Source: a virus (lineage: Duplodnaviria; Caudoviricetes). From it: a stretch of 41,174 nucleotides of DNA. Shown here in pieces: positions 26,294 to 35,752 of the stretch. A program made the position numbers and the translations under genes. Under the pieces are notes generated by a model. The model did not search any database, was not told the origin of the DNA, and saw only the letters and a list, made by a program, of their open reading frames with translations. Location: positions 1 through 41,174 of IMG/VR virus record IMGVR_UViG_3300017650_000205; one strand, given 5' to 3'. Every line of letters starts with the position of its first letter. The first letter of the stretch is position 1.

Positions 26294-26544
26294 TGGCGAT
26301 CACCAGAATTGAGAACGGGGCGCCGCGGGCCGCCTTTGTCGCCGCGATCGAAGCGGTGATCGAAAAGGGGCTCGGCGCTGGTGCGGCCGGCGGGCTGGAA
26401 AATTACGGTCAGGTGCGCATGGCGCTGAACCAGATCTCCGCTGATCTCTCGCTGCCGCAGATCGAGAACGGCGCGCTGCTGGCTGAGGTGCGCGCCGCGA
26501 TCAATGAGATCATCCATGCGCTGGAAGGCCACAATGATGGCTGA
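26290..26544 (+). CDS. Small hypothetical tail-region protein with an internal repeat
   Basis: IENGA...AAI repeated twice; coupled to both neighbours. Confidence 0.55.
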   Translation: MMAITRIENGAPRAAFVAAIEAVIEKGLGAGAAGGLENYGQVRMALNQISADLSLPQIENGALLAEVRAAINEIIHALEGHNDG

Positions 26545-26953
26545 GGCGGAGCGGGCGGCGGTCCTTGCCGCGCTGCTTGGCTGCCCCTACAGGCTCGGGG
26601 CGCAGGGGCCGGAGGCCTATGACTGCTATGGCGCGGCACGGGCGCTGCAGCGCGGGCTGTTCGGGCGCGACATGCCCAGATTCGCCATCCCCGGCACGGC
26701 GGGGCGCTGGGCTATCGCGGCGGCGATCGCCGCCCATTCCGAACGCGAAAACTGGATCGAGATCGGAGCGCCCGAAGATGGGGCGCTGGTGACCATGGCC
26801 CGCCACCAGCAGGGCTATCACATGGGCGTCTGGCTGGCCGACGATGATGGCCTGGTCATTCACGCCGTTGAATCGGCAGGCGTCGTCGCTTCCCGGCTGA
26901 TCGAGCTGGAGGCCGAGGGCTGGCGCAAATTCCGGTTCCATCTGCCGGCATAA
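26534..26953 (+). CDS. NlpC/P60 tail tip protein (gpK-like)
   Basis: GPEAYDCYG, HMGVWL and VIHA catalytic motifs. Confidence 0.85.
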   Translation: MMAEAERAAVLAALLGCPYRLGAQGPEAYDCYGAARALQRGLFGRDMPRFAIPGTAGRWAIAAAIAAHSERENWIEIGAPEDGALVTMARHQQGYHMGVWLADDDGLVIHAVESAGVVASRLIELEAEGWRKFRFHLPA

Positions 26954-26967
26954 GGATCAAAATTCCG

Positions 26968-29900
26968 ATGAGCATTTCTCTTCCTGCATGCTGTGCGGGC
27001 GGCAAAGCCGTGCTGTTTACCGGCCCGTTTGGCGCGCCCGACCGCGTGATCGGTCTGCCCCGCCCCATGACCATCGCGGAAATCGTCGCGCTGCATGGCC
27101 TCAATTTTCGCCTGCCCACCATCGCCATCATGGATGGCGAGCCGGTGCTGCGCACCCAATGGGCCGTGCGCATGATGCGGGCCAGCGATGTTTTGGGCTT
27201 TGTCGCCATTCCGGGCAATTCGGGCGGCGGGGGCAAGCAGATCATCGGGCTGGTGGCGGCGATCGCGCTGGCCATTGCCGCGCCCATGGTGGGCGGCTGG
27301 GTGGCCGGCAGCGTGATGGGGCTGACCGGATCGGCCTTCACCATCGGGTCGAGCCTTGTGTCGGGGCTGGTGCTGGCCGGGGGGTCGTTCCTGGTCAACA
27401 TGCTGTTCCCGCCCGTCGATCCCGGCCCGGAAAAGCGCCCGCAACAGGTCTATCTCGCCAATGCGGCTTCGAACCAGGCGACGCCCTTTGAGACGATCCC
27501 GGTGCTCTATGGCCGCGAGCGCTTCCCGCCCCGTTTTGCCGCGCGGCCCTATTCCGAATTTCAGGGGAACGATCAGTTCCTCTATCAGCTGTTCGCCATC
27601 ACGCTGGGCAAGGCCGATATCGAGCGCATCGATATCGGGGAGACCGAAGCCTGGAACGCCGATGGGGGCTATAGCCCGAGCTTTTCCGATCTGGAAATCG
27701 AGATTATCCAGCCCGGCGAGGCGGTGACGCTGTTTCCGGCCAATGTGATCACCTCGACCGAAGTCGCCAACCAGACCGTGCCCGATCCGCCCGACGTGCT
27801 GGGGCCGTTCGTCGTCAACGCGGCGGGAACCGAGATCGACCGGATTGCTGTGGATTTCATGTTCCCTGGCGGGCTGTTTGCCTATGGTGACAACGGCAAG
27901 ATCAAGAAACACGCGGTCAGCCTGCGCGCGCAATATCAGCGGATCGACGACGCCGGCGCTCCGATCGGCGGCTGGAGCACACTCTTTGCCTCGCGCTTTG
28001 AAAAGGCGACACGCACGCCCCAGCGTCTTTCGCGCTCGGTCAAGGTTACCGCCGGACGCTATCGGGTGCGGTTTGACGCGACCCAGGCATTTTCGAAGTC
28101 CGACAAGGTGATTTCGACCGTGCAATGGGCCGGGTTGCGGGGCTATCTCACCGGGTTTGTAACGCCGCCCAATTGCACCCTGCTGGCCCTGAAAATCCGC
28201 GCCAATGAACAGCTCAGCCAGGCCTCGGCCAGCCAGATCAGGGTGACCGCATCGCGCTACCTCGAAGTCTGGAGCCGCTCGCAGGGCGCGTGGATCGAGC
28301 AAAAGACCGCCTCGATCGCCTGGGCCGCCGCCGACATCTTGCGCAACGAGGATTATTCGATCGGGCTGCCCGACACGCAATATGATCTCGATTGGCTGGC
28401 CAGCAAGGCTGATCTGTGGGCCGGCCGGGGCGATGAATTCAATGGGGTGTTCGACCGCTCCTGGACCGCGTCGGACGCTTTGCGTGCTGTATTGCGGGTG
28501 GGGAGGGCGCAGCCGGTGCGGATTGGCGGCAAGATCGGCTTTACCCGGCTGGAGCCAAAACACATCAAGCGGGCGGTGTTTACGCCCCGCAACGTGGTGC
28601 GCGGCAGCTTTCAGCACGAGCTGGTGCTGTTTGATGAGGACAAGCCCGACCATGTGGTTGGCGAATATCGCGACCGCTCCGTTTGGGACACGCGCGAGGT
28701 GCGCGCATCGCTGGCCGCTATCGGCTCGGACGCGCCGCAGCGGATCGAATATTTCGGGATCACCGATCACGATCACGCCTGGCGCGAAGCGGTGACCGAC
28801 GCCGCCATCAATGCCTATCAGCGTGAGCTGGTCGCCTTCACGGCGGAATGGGAAGGCAAGATGCTGGTGCGGGGCGATCCGGTGCTTGTCCAGCATCCAT
28901 TCATCGAGGAAGTGGCGACCGCGGCGCTAGTGGATCGTGTCGGCCGCACGCTGACCATCGATCGGGACTATGCCGGCGATGTGTGGGACGATAGCGCGCT
29001 GTGGTTTGACCTCGACCCTTGGGAGGGGGCTAGCCCCGAGCGCTATGTGATCCTGCGCGACAAGCGGGGGCGGGAGTGGGGCCCGTGCCGCATTGAGGCG
29101 TTTGAAGGGCGCACTCTTGTCCTCGATGCCGATGATCTGGTTACGGTGCATAATCAGATGGGCAGCCTTGATGGCTTGCTGGCTGGTGCGCGGCAGGAGC
29201 CGGCGCATGTGTTGATCTGTGCCGGAGAGACGCGCCCTTTCAACGGGCTGGTGGTCTCCGCTGCGCCCAACGGGCCGGACCGGGTCGATATCGTCACCGT
29301 GATCGATGCGCCGGAAGTCTATATGGCCGATGGCGAGGAGGTAATGCCCTCACCCTGGACGCCGCCAACCCTGCCGCCGGCGGTGCCGCTACGCCCGATC
29401 ATTTTGGGGCTTTCGGCCGAGCTGCGCGCCACCGGCGCCGGGTTGGAGCTCGATGCCGCCTGGCAGCCAGCCATTGGCGCGACAGGCTATGTGGCCGAGG
29501 TCAGCTATGATGGTGAGGAGAGCTGGACGCCGATTTTCCAGGGTGAGGCCAACCGGTTTGTCGTCCCGGTGCTGCCGCAGCTCCTGACCCTGCGGGTGGC
29601 CGCGATCGGAACGGTCCAGGGCCCGTGGGTGATCCGGGAGTTTCTGGCCGGGGAGGTGCCCGATATCAGAATCCCCAGCCACTGGCTGGACGTTGATCTT
29701 TCGAACCTCGCCCGCGACGTGCTCGACCAGATGGGCCTCAAGCCGCGTGAACTGGTCGAGCGGTTCAAGCAGCTTGGTACCTTGCTCGAAGAGGTGGACC
29801 GGGAAAACTACACCAAGCGTGAAGCCCTGTTCCGCGAGATTACCGTTGAGCTGGAAGGGCTGGAGGCGAGCTTCACCGAAGTGATCGAAGTGGCGCTCAA

Positions 29901-30264
29901 CCCGGAAGCCGATTCAGCGCTGGGGCGGGCCATTCAATCGCTTCGGTCGGCGCTGGGCGGAAGTTCGTCTGAGATCAATGTCATGTGGGACACTCAGGCT
30001 GCACCTGCGGGCTTTTCGGCCCGCTATGCCATCCAGGTGATGGCCAGTGATGGTTCACTGCGGCTGGCCACCATGTTCCTCGACGTGCCCGAAGACCCCA
30101 ATGAGGCGACCCGCATCGGCTTTATGGCTGACAACGTGGCGTTCTTTCTCGCCGATGGCACGCCGGTGGCGCTGTTTGATGCCAATGGCGATTTCCGCAA
30201 CCCGACCGGCACCGTCAAAATCTCGATGCTGCAAGACGGCGGCGGCGCATTCAGCTTTGGGTAG
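26968..30264 (+). CDS. Host specificity / central tail tip protein J (TipJ), with a gpI-like N-terminus
   Basis: 1098 aa; IPVLYG motif; FN3-like region; synteny. Confidence 0.88.
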   Translation: MSISLPACCAGGKAVLFTGPFGAPDRVIGLPRPMTIAEIVALHGLNFRLPTIAIMDGEPVLRTQWAVRMMRASDVLGFVAIPGNSGGGGKQIIGLVAAIALAIAAPMVGGWVAGSVMGLTGSAFTIGSSLVSGLVLAGGSFLVNMLFPPVDPGPEKRPQQVYLANAASNQATPFETIPVLYGRERFPPRFAARPYSEFQGNDQFLYQLFAITLGKADIERIDIGETEAWNADGGYSPSFSDLEIEIIQPGEAVTLFPANVITSTEVANQTVPDPPDVLGPFVVNAAGTEIDRIAVDFMFPGGLFAYGDNGKIKKHAVSLRAQYQRIDDAGAPIGGWSTLFASRFEKATRTPQRLSRSVKVTAGRYRVRFDATQAFSKSDKVISTVQWAGLRGYLTGFVTPPNCTLLALKIRANEQLSQASASQIRVTASRYLEVWSRSQGAWIEQKTASIAWAAADILRNEDYSIGLPDTQYDLDWLASKADLWAGRGDEFNGVFDRSWTASDALRAVLRVGRAQPVRIGGKIGFTRLEPKHIKRAVFTPRNVVRGSFQHELVLFDEDKPDHVVGEYRDRSVWDTREVRASLAAIGSDAPQRIEYFGITDHDHAWREAVTDAAINAYQRELVAFTAEWEGKMLVRGDPVLVQHPFIEEVATAALVDRVGRTLTIDRDYAGDVWDDSALWFDLDPWEGASPERYVILRDKRGREWGPCRIEAFEGRTLVLDADDLVTVHNQMGSLDGLLAGARQEPAHVLICAGETRPFNGLVVSAAPNGPDRVDIVTVIDAPEVYMADGEEVMPSPWTPPTLPPAVPLRPIILGLSAELRATGAGLELDAAWQPAIGATGYVAEVSYDGEESWTPIFQGEANRFVVPVLPQLLTLRVAAIGTVQGPWVIREFLAGEVPDIRIPSHWLDVDLSNLARDVLDQMGLKPRELVERFKQLGTLLEEVDRENYTKREALFREITVELEGLEASFTEVIEVALNPEADSALGRAIQSLRSALGGSSSEINVMWDTQAAPAGFSARYAIQVMASDGSLRLATMFLDVPEDPNEATRIGFMADNVAFFLADGTPVALFDANGDFRNPTGTVKISMLQDGGGAFSFG

Positions 30265-31065
30265 ATGATAGCAGTTCTTCGTGGCTTTCCCGCCGAGGGC
30301 ATCGTTGCGTGTTTCGACGAGGCCCCCGGCGGCGGTGACTGGCGGGACATCAATGCGCCCCGCAATGCGCCGGCGAAAAATCCCGCTGCGCATGTGTCCC
30401 GTGTCCATTGGCATTCGGAGTTCTTCCAGTACGAGTTGGCCATGCCGATCCAGACGGTGACGGTGGAGCATCCGGCTCTGGCGGGGCGCTCGATCTATTG
30501 GGGCTATAACCTCGTTTATGACGGCAACAACCCGGTCTCAACGACCGGGTATCTCGTGCCCGGACGGGTGGCGACGGCCTCGCACACTCTTGTCAATCAC
30601 GGGCTGGACTATGTGCCGCTGGCCTTCGTTGCCTATGGTGGCCGCATGCTCATGCCCGGGGTGGCGGTGCAGACGGCCAGCGCTGGTCGCAGCCGTTTCG
30701 TCTCGCCCTACATCACCCCGGGCGCTGTGGGGCTGCGGGAGGTCTATAATTCCTCGTCCTCGGGGCTGGGCGCAGTCAGCCGGGCGTATCAGGTGATGGT
30801 GTTTCGGGTGCCGGTCGAGGACGCATCGCTGCCGCTGTTCAGTGGGGGTGGCGGCGAAACGATCATCGGGCGCGGCAAGGTCCGAACCAGCCGCACCTAT
30901 GCGCGCCGGGAAGGCGGCGGCGCGAGCCCCTTCAACATCGATCAGGCCCGCACTGTGGACCTTAACAATGGCCGGGCGCGGATTGCCACCGGCGGTTCGG
31001 TCACGACAGAGGCGGGTTATGGCGGCGCGTTCACGGCACCGCCCTTTGTGCCGGTGGGGGTGTAA
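30265..31065 (+). CDS. Tail-associated hypothetical protein
   Basis: Directly follows J; beta-rich, HGLDYVP motif. Confidence 0.6.
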   Translation: MIAVLRGFPAEGIVACFDEAPGGGDWRDINAPRNAPAKNPAAHVSRVHWHSEFFQYELAMPIQTVTVEHPALAGRSIYWGYNLVYDGNNPVSTTGYLVPGRVATASHTLVNHGLDYVPLAFVAYGGRMLMPGVAVQTASAGRSRFVSPYITPGAVGLREVYNSSSSGLGAVSRAYQVMVFRVPVEDASLPLFSGGGGETIIGRGKVRTSRTYARREGGGASPFNIDQARTVDLNNGRARIATGGSVTTEAGYGGAFTAPPFVPVGV

Positions 31066-31934
31066 TGGGCAGGGTTCACAACGAAAAGCCCGGCGTCATC
31101 ACGGTAGAGGGCGACGGCGGGGAGGTCCGCTGGTCGTCCGAGTTCCCGCCGGTCAACTTGCTGCCGGAGGCCGACTGGATCGATACCAGCCTCAGCGTGG
31201 CGTTCCCGGATTTCTCCAAGTTCGTCAATTACAGCCACAACCGGTGGTACAACCCGCCCTCCTGGCCGGGCACGGGGCCGTGGCGGCCGAGCACGTCGCA
31301 GGACACCTGCGTCTCTCTGACGATGATCGAGCCGGAGAACCGGGTGTTGGGACCGACGACCATCGGCACCATCCCGGCGGGGGCCAATTATATCGATGTG
31401 CGGGTGCGGCTGAACCGCACCAAATCCCCGTACACTTTCCGCGACCAGGGCGTGCCCCCGCTGATCCCCAATGAATGGGTGAGCCTGCCGGGCGGCTCGT
31501 GCCTGGTTGAGGCCACCGAGATCTGGCGGCGCTCATTCGATATCGTTCTGTCTGGAAATGAAGTGCAGTTGGTCCGCCGACAGTCAGTGATCGATCCGGG
31601 GCCGGTCTCGGCGCAACAGCCTGGCAGCCCGCAGGACAATGGTCGGTTGCCCTTGTCGGGGGCGGGCGGCGACCCTTGGGGGCAGAGCAGCTACCAAGGC
31701 TGGGGCTGGATTTCTGGCAGTACGTTTGCTGGCTCTTACCGCAAGGGGCACCCTGCGGCGCTGATCCAGCACAAACCACCCAGTGCCAATGGTGGGCTGG
31801 GTGGGGACACGCCGCAATATGGCGGCAAGCACCCGCGCCGCTTCAACGCCTGCTCGATCAACAACAGCGCCCACGACTTTTCTTCCACCTATACCGGCCA
31901 GATCGTGATCCGGCCTGGCTACATCAGGACATAG
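31065..31934 (+). CDS. Tail-associated hypothetical protein
   Basis: TAATG coupling; Gly/Pro/Trp-rich. Confidence 0.6.
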   Translation: MGRVHNEKPGVITVEGDGGEVRWSSEFPPVNLLPEADWIDTSLSVAFPDFSKFVNYSHNRWYNPPSWPGTGPWRPSTSQDTCVSLTMIEPENRVLGPTTIGTIPAGANYIDVRVRLNRTKSPYTFRDQGVPPLIPNEWVSLPGGSCLVEATEIWRRSFDIVLSGNEVQLVRRQSVIDPGPVSAQQPGSPQDNGRLPLSGAGGDPWGQSSYQGWGWISGSTFAGSYRKGHPAALIQHKPPSANGGLGGDTPQYGGKHPRRFNACSINNSAHDFSSTYTGQIVIRPGYIRT

Positions 31935-31941
31935 ACCAGCC

Positions 31942-33285
31942 ATGGCTCTTGTAACTTGGTACTCTACCGGCACCGTGTCGGTGGATGGCGGCAGCACGAC
32001 CGTAACCGGCGAAAACCTGTTCTGGGGCGATGACGCCATTATGCCCGGGGATTTGTTCTGCGATCCCGCCCAACCGCTTGTCCCGCCCCAGCGGGTCCGG
32101 GAAGTAACAGCGGACAACGTGTTGGAGCTCTGGGCCCCGTGGCCCGGCACGACGATCACGGATGCGCCCTACGAAATCCGCTATGTCGGCATCATCGAGC
32201 GCTCGACGGCGCAGACGCGCCGGGTGCTGGAACAACTGGGCGATGTGAAAGCCTATTTCGACATGCAGGTCGATACGCTAGCGGACCGGGATGCGTTCGA
32301 CGCCCGCCCGGCGCGGTTCCGGGTTCTGGTCTCCGATATCGGCGATGGTCGCGCGGCGATCTATTCCAAAAACAGCTCAGCGGATGGAGACTGGTCCGAG
32401 CCAGCGATGTTCTCGGGCCCGGCGATTGAGTTGGACGTTGCCTCGGTGGTTGACGCCCCGTTTGGCAGCGCGCCCGACGTGACGCTTTCGCCCCGCCCGG
32501 GCGGCTATGACATGAGCTTCGTCATTCCGGAAGGCATGCGACTGTTTCCCGGCACCACCACCACGCTGGAGCCTGGCCAGCCGGCGCAGGCCGATTTTGT
32601 TCCGGTGGAGGGTGGGTTCCGGCTTGATCTGGCCATCCCGCGAGGTCCGACCGGCGATATCGATGGGGTGACGCCATTCTGGGTATCGCGGCTGGGAGCG
32701 GATGGTGATGCGGAAGCAGCGCGGCTTGGGCTAAATGCTCAGATTGCCGGTGACTATGAGCCTGAGCAACAGCCTGTAAGTCAATCCGACGCCGAGGCCG
32801 GGGCGATTGCTGAGATTCGCTCCTGGAGCCCCGAGCGCATTGCCCAGGCGATTGCTGCCCTCGCGCCTGCGGTTCCAGCCGACGTCTATCGTCGAGCAAA
32901 CATCCTCGATCCGGTCGGGGAGGATGAAGGTATACCGACTGGAGGCATCATTGAACGAGGTAGTAATGTCAACGGCGAATATGTGAGGTTTGCAGATGGG
33001 GTACAGATTTGTTGGCATAGTATTGGAGGTGTTAACGTTGACGGTTCCTCAGGGGGCTTCCGGTTCAAAGAAATACCTCAATGGGATTTTCCTGCCGCAT
33101 TTAGCGGAGTCCCCCGCTGCACAACAGCAGTTAACAGGGGAGCCACTGGCGGTGGTTTGACGTGGGCTGGGGCTACAACACATAACATCACGGGGGCCCA
33201 TATAAGGGGTCTCTGCATCATAGCCGTGTCCAGCGATGTAACCGGGGCCTACTTGCAGGTAATGGCAATCGGAAGGTGGTTCTAA
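31942..33285 (+). CDS. Tail fibre protein
   Basis: N-terminal WYSTGTVSV..GSTTVTG; C-terminal IIERGSNVNGEYVRFADGVQICW...AIGRWF knob. Confidence 0.85.
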   Translation: MALVTWYSTGTVSVDGGSTTVTGENLFWGDDAIMPGDLFCDPAQPLVPPQRVREVTADNVLELWAPWPGTTITDAPYEIRYVGIIERSTAQTRRVLEQLGDVKAYFDMQVDTLADRDAFDARPARFRVLVSDIGDGRAAIYSKNSSADGDWSEPAMFSGPAIELDVASVVDAPFGSAPDVTLSPRPGGYDMSFVIPEGMRLFPGTTTTLEPGQPAQADFVPVEGGFRLDLAIPRGPTGDIDGVTPFWVSRLGADGDAEAARLGLNAQIAGDYEPEQQPVSQSDAEAGAIAEIRSWSPERIAQAIAALAPAVPADVYRRANILDPVGEDEGIPTGGIIERGSNVNGEYVRFADGVQICWHSIGGVNVDGSSGGFRFKEIPQWDFPAAFSGVPRCTTAVNRGATGGGLTWAGATTHNITGAHIRGLCIIAVSSDVTGAYLQVMAIGRWF

Positions 33286-33608
33286 TGCTTATATATTTTT
33301 CTCCTCAGAGGAGAGACGACACACTTGCCGCATCCCGCCAGGGCGACACCCTCACTATCAACGGCGATGTCTTCGATTTTTCCACGCTGCCCGATGGCGC
33401 AACAATCGCAGTAGAAAATAGTCCTAGCCCGTGGATTACCAGCCCGATCGAACGCATTAACGGCGAGTTGCACCTGACAATGTTATTGCCGCATGGGCCG
33501 AACCCAAGCCCAGCTGTCGCATTCCCCGATCCGCTGGTCGATCCTGCTGACGGGCCCCTTGTTCTGCCCCATGATCCCAAGGAGGACGAAGATGACCTGG
33601 ACGCCTGA
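33285..33608 (+). CDS. Tail fibre-associated protein
   Basis: FSPQRRDDTL...LTINGDVFDFS.LPDGA pattern that typically follows such fibres. Confidence 0.7.
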   Translation: MLIYFSPQRRDDTLAASRQGDTLTINGDVFDFSTLPDGATIAVENSPSPWITSPIERINGELHLTMLLPHGPNPSPAVAFPDPLVDPADGPLVLPHDPKEDEDDLDA

Positions 33609-33879
33609 TCCCTCGATCATCATCACGGCTGAGCAGAAAGCTGCTGCGCTGCAAGAGCAGACCCGGACCGCGCTGTGGGCGGAGCGAGACCGCCGGTTCG
33701 AAGAAACCCGCTGGCTGGTCGAGCGGCACTCTGAGGAACTGCTCTTGGGTCGCCCGACTTCGCTATCGGCATCTGAATACGCCGAACTGCTGGCCTACCG
33801 GCAGGACTTGCGGGACCTGCCGGAGAGCACAGAAATACCGGTCAGGCTATCTGGCCGGAGCGATCCTGACGAGAAGTAG
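33592..33879 (+). CDS. Tail fibre assembly chaperone-like protein
   Basis: AERD...W.VERH and YRQDLRDLP motifs; AGGAGG RBS. Confidence 0.75.
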   Translation: MTWTPDPSIIITAEQKAAALQEQTRTALWAERDRRFEETRWLVERHSEELLLGRPTSLSASEYAELLAYRQDLRDLPESTEIPVRLSGRSDPDEK

Positions 33880-33909
33880 AGCGCTTGAAAGGCTAAGCGG
33901 TATCTCTGT

Positions 33910-34854
33910 TCATTGACTCTTTGACGATCGGCGATTTGGGGGCGATTTGATGCTTTTTGAACCAGAACCCATGTAATAGCGCCAATTATTAGGCTTCCAC
34001 CATTTTTGGCGTTCGAGACGCAGAATTTCACTTTGTTTGCTCTGGTCGAGCGCGTTAGCCTCAGCCTTAGCAATGACAGCGCTAGAGGCAATAAATGGGC
34101 ACGAAGCGCGCAGCGGTTCTAAATCCAAGCTTATTGGTCGACTATCAAAATTGAAAACGGAAACAAGCTTGTCTACAGTGAGATCGTTGTCACCGAAGTC
34201 AAATTCGACGGGTTGGCGCTCTTTACCTACTGAAAGAAGATAATCCCAAAATTTATGTTCCTTGCCACGACCAGTGTCGGCCGTGAGCCATGCGTTGGGA
34301 ATGCCGTATGCGTCTGACACGATCAATCCGTGAAGCGACGTCGTCAAAATGCGCTTGCAGGAAAGGAATGCATCTATCGTACCCTCAATGTCGTCAGTAA
34401 GTAAGTCGATTACAAGAACGCCATCCAACTTAAGATTTTCAATTCGTTTTCTTTCTGACCAGCGCAATACCACTCCAAGCTCGTACTGTTTTTCAATTGT
34501 CGGATGGTAGTAATCCGCCACCAGGAGGGCAGGGTCTCCATAGACGCGAGGAGCTTTGCCGCCAAACATTTCGAATCGCGCGCGGGTAAGCGGCCCGCGC
34601 ACAGCCAAGGGCGTCCCAGCTCCCTTGACCCGCATCTTCCCTTCTGTGCCAAAGGATCCTATGCCCCACATTACAGAGGTCGGGCTGACGCGGGACAAGA
34701 TGGAACCGATTGTCAGGTAGTGGGGCTCGTCTTTGTTGGCCCAGACAACAGGTTTCCCCGTCATTTTCTCGGCGAGCCATGGCCCGAGAAGGTCGCCAAA
34801 ATTCTTTTCATTATCCCACCAACGCATCGGGATCTTGCCATCAACTTCAATCAC
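33910..34854 (-). CDS. Polysaccharide pyruvyl transferase family protein (ExoV-like)
   Basis: NFGDLL, IGSIL, AVRGPLT, GDPALL and SLHGLIVSDAYGIP motifs. Confidence 0.88.
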   Translation of the reverse strand: MIEVDGKIPMRWWDNEKNFGDLLGPWLAEKMTGKPVVWANKDEPHYLTIGSILSRVSPTSVMWGIGSFGTEGKMRVKGAGTPLAVRGPLTRARFEMFGGKAPRVYGDPALLVADYYHPTIEKQYELGVVLRWSERKRIENLKLDGVLVIDLLTDDIEGTIDAFLSCKRILTTSLHGLIVSDAYGIPNAWLTADTGRGKEHKFWDYLLSVGKERQPVEFDFGDNDLTVDKLVSVFNFDSRPISLDLEPLRASCPFIASSAVIAKAEANALDQSKQSEILRLERQKWWKPNNWRYYMGSGSKSIKSPPNRRSSKSQ

Positions 34855-34974
34855 TGAACGGTCCTTTTGATGCCTGCGAAAAACGTTATTCTCAAAAATG
34901 CGTAAAAAGACTCCTCGAACTGAGTGCGGGTGGTACCCCTTATTCGAAAAGTTCGTTCACTGGGCGCCCATTTG

Positions 34975-35730
34975 TTAGACGCTAAGTCTGCGCAACATCA
35001 AAGCGCGGGCCGCTCCTCGCATATTGCGGCTTTGTACTCGTGGCAACATAATTACAATTACGAGTAGCTCGGGTGAGAACTCATGGGGTCCGAAATAGAG
35101 AAAAATTGCGAGAAGCAATAGATATAACGCAAAGGAGAGGTAGAAAAATCCTTCTATATGAAGAACCCTGTGCGATAGGCTTCTGTGAAGCGGCAGTACC
35201 TTAACTAATGAAAGTCCTACCCAGAATAGTAGCTCCGATATAATAAATGATAGGAGGACATATTCTCCACACAGATATAAAGTTAGGTAGATGAATGGTG
35301 CCGCAATGGCATATGACGAAAATCGCCGATGCCGGTATATGAAAGATGTAAAATGATCGGGAGGAATTCCAAAATCATCGGCAATTTTATTTAAGCCTGC
35401 GGCGCGGAGCCGCTTGGGGAGGCGTCGGCGCAGAAAAAAAATCGCCGCTCCCGTTAATGGCGGGAGTGTTAGGTAGACAGCGATGCCGATGAATATGGGC
35501 ATGGCCAAATGCAGGAATGAATCTGAAGCCTTGGCTGTCTGGATATTTGCAACGTACAAACGAAAGGCTGAGAAGAGAACCAGAAGCGTAACCGCTCTCC
35601 TTAAGAAGGGAGCGAGCGTTTCCAGAAATAATAGTGCGATTGGAATTTGACCAGCAAGTCGATAATATTTTATCGTTGCTCGAGTGTAGGCCCTGAACGT
35701 CCTAATATTATTCCGAATGCTATTCAACAT
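34975..35730 (-). CDS. Multi-pass membrane protein of unknown function
   Basis: About 6 hydrophobic segments; low GC; lies between two glycan transferases. Confidence 0.7.
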   Translation of the reverse strand: MLNSIRNNIRTFRAYTRATIKYYRLAGQIPIALLFLETLAPFLRRAVTLLVLFSAFRLYVANIQTAKASDSFLHLAMPIFIGIAVYLTLPPLTGAAIFFLRRRLPKRLRAAGLNKIADDFGIPPDHFTSFIYRHRRFSSYAIAAPFIYLTLYLCGEYVLLSFIISELLFWVGLSLVKVLPLHRSLSHRVLHIEGFFYLSFALYLLLLAIFLYFGPHEFSPELLVIVIMLPRVQSRNMRGAARALMLRRLSV

Positions 35731-35752
35731 TGATAGCCGAGCTGTCTAAATT

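Noticed and set aside
7100-28896. Long antisense ORFs (e.g. 7100-8530, 11748-13499, 17829-19310, 24079-25740, 26860-28896)
   Set aside because: Shadows of high-GC sense genes with no recognisable motifs
26968-33879. Diversity-generating retroelement or invertible tail fibre system
   Set aside because: No reverse transcriptase, invertase, template repeat or inverted fibre copy seen
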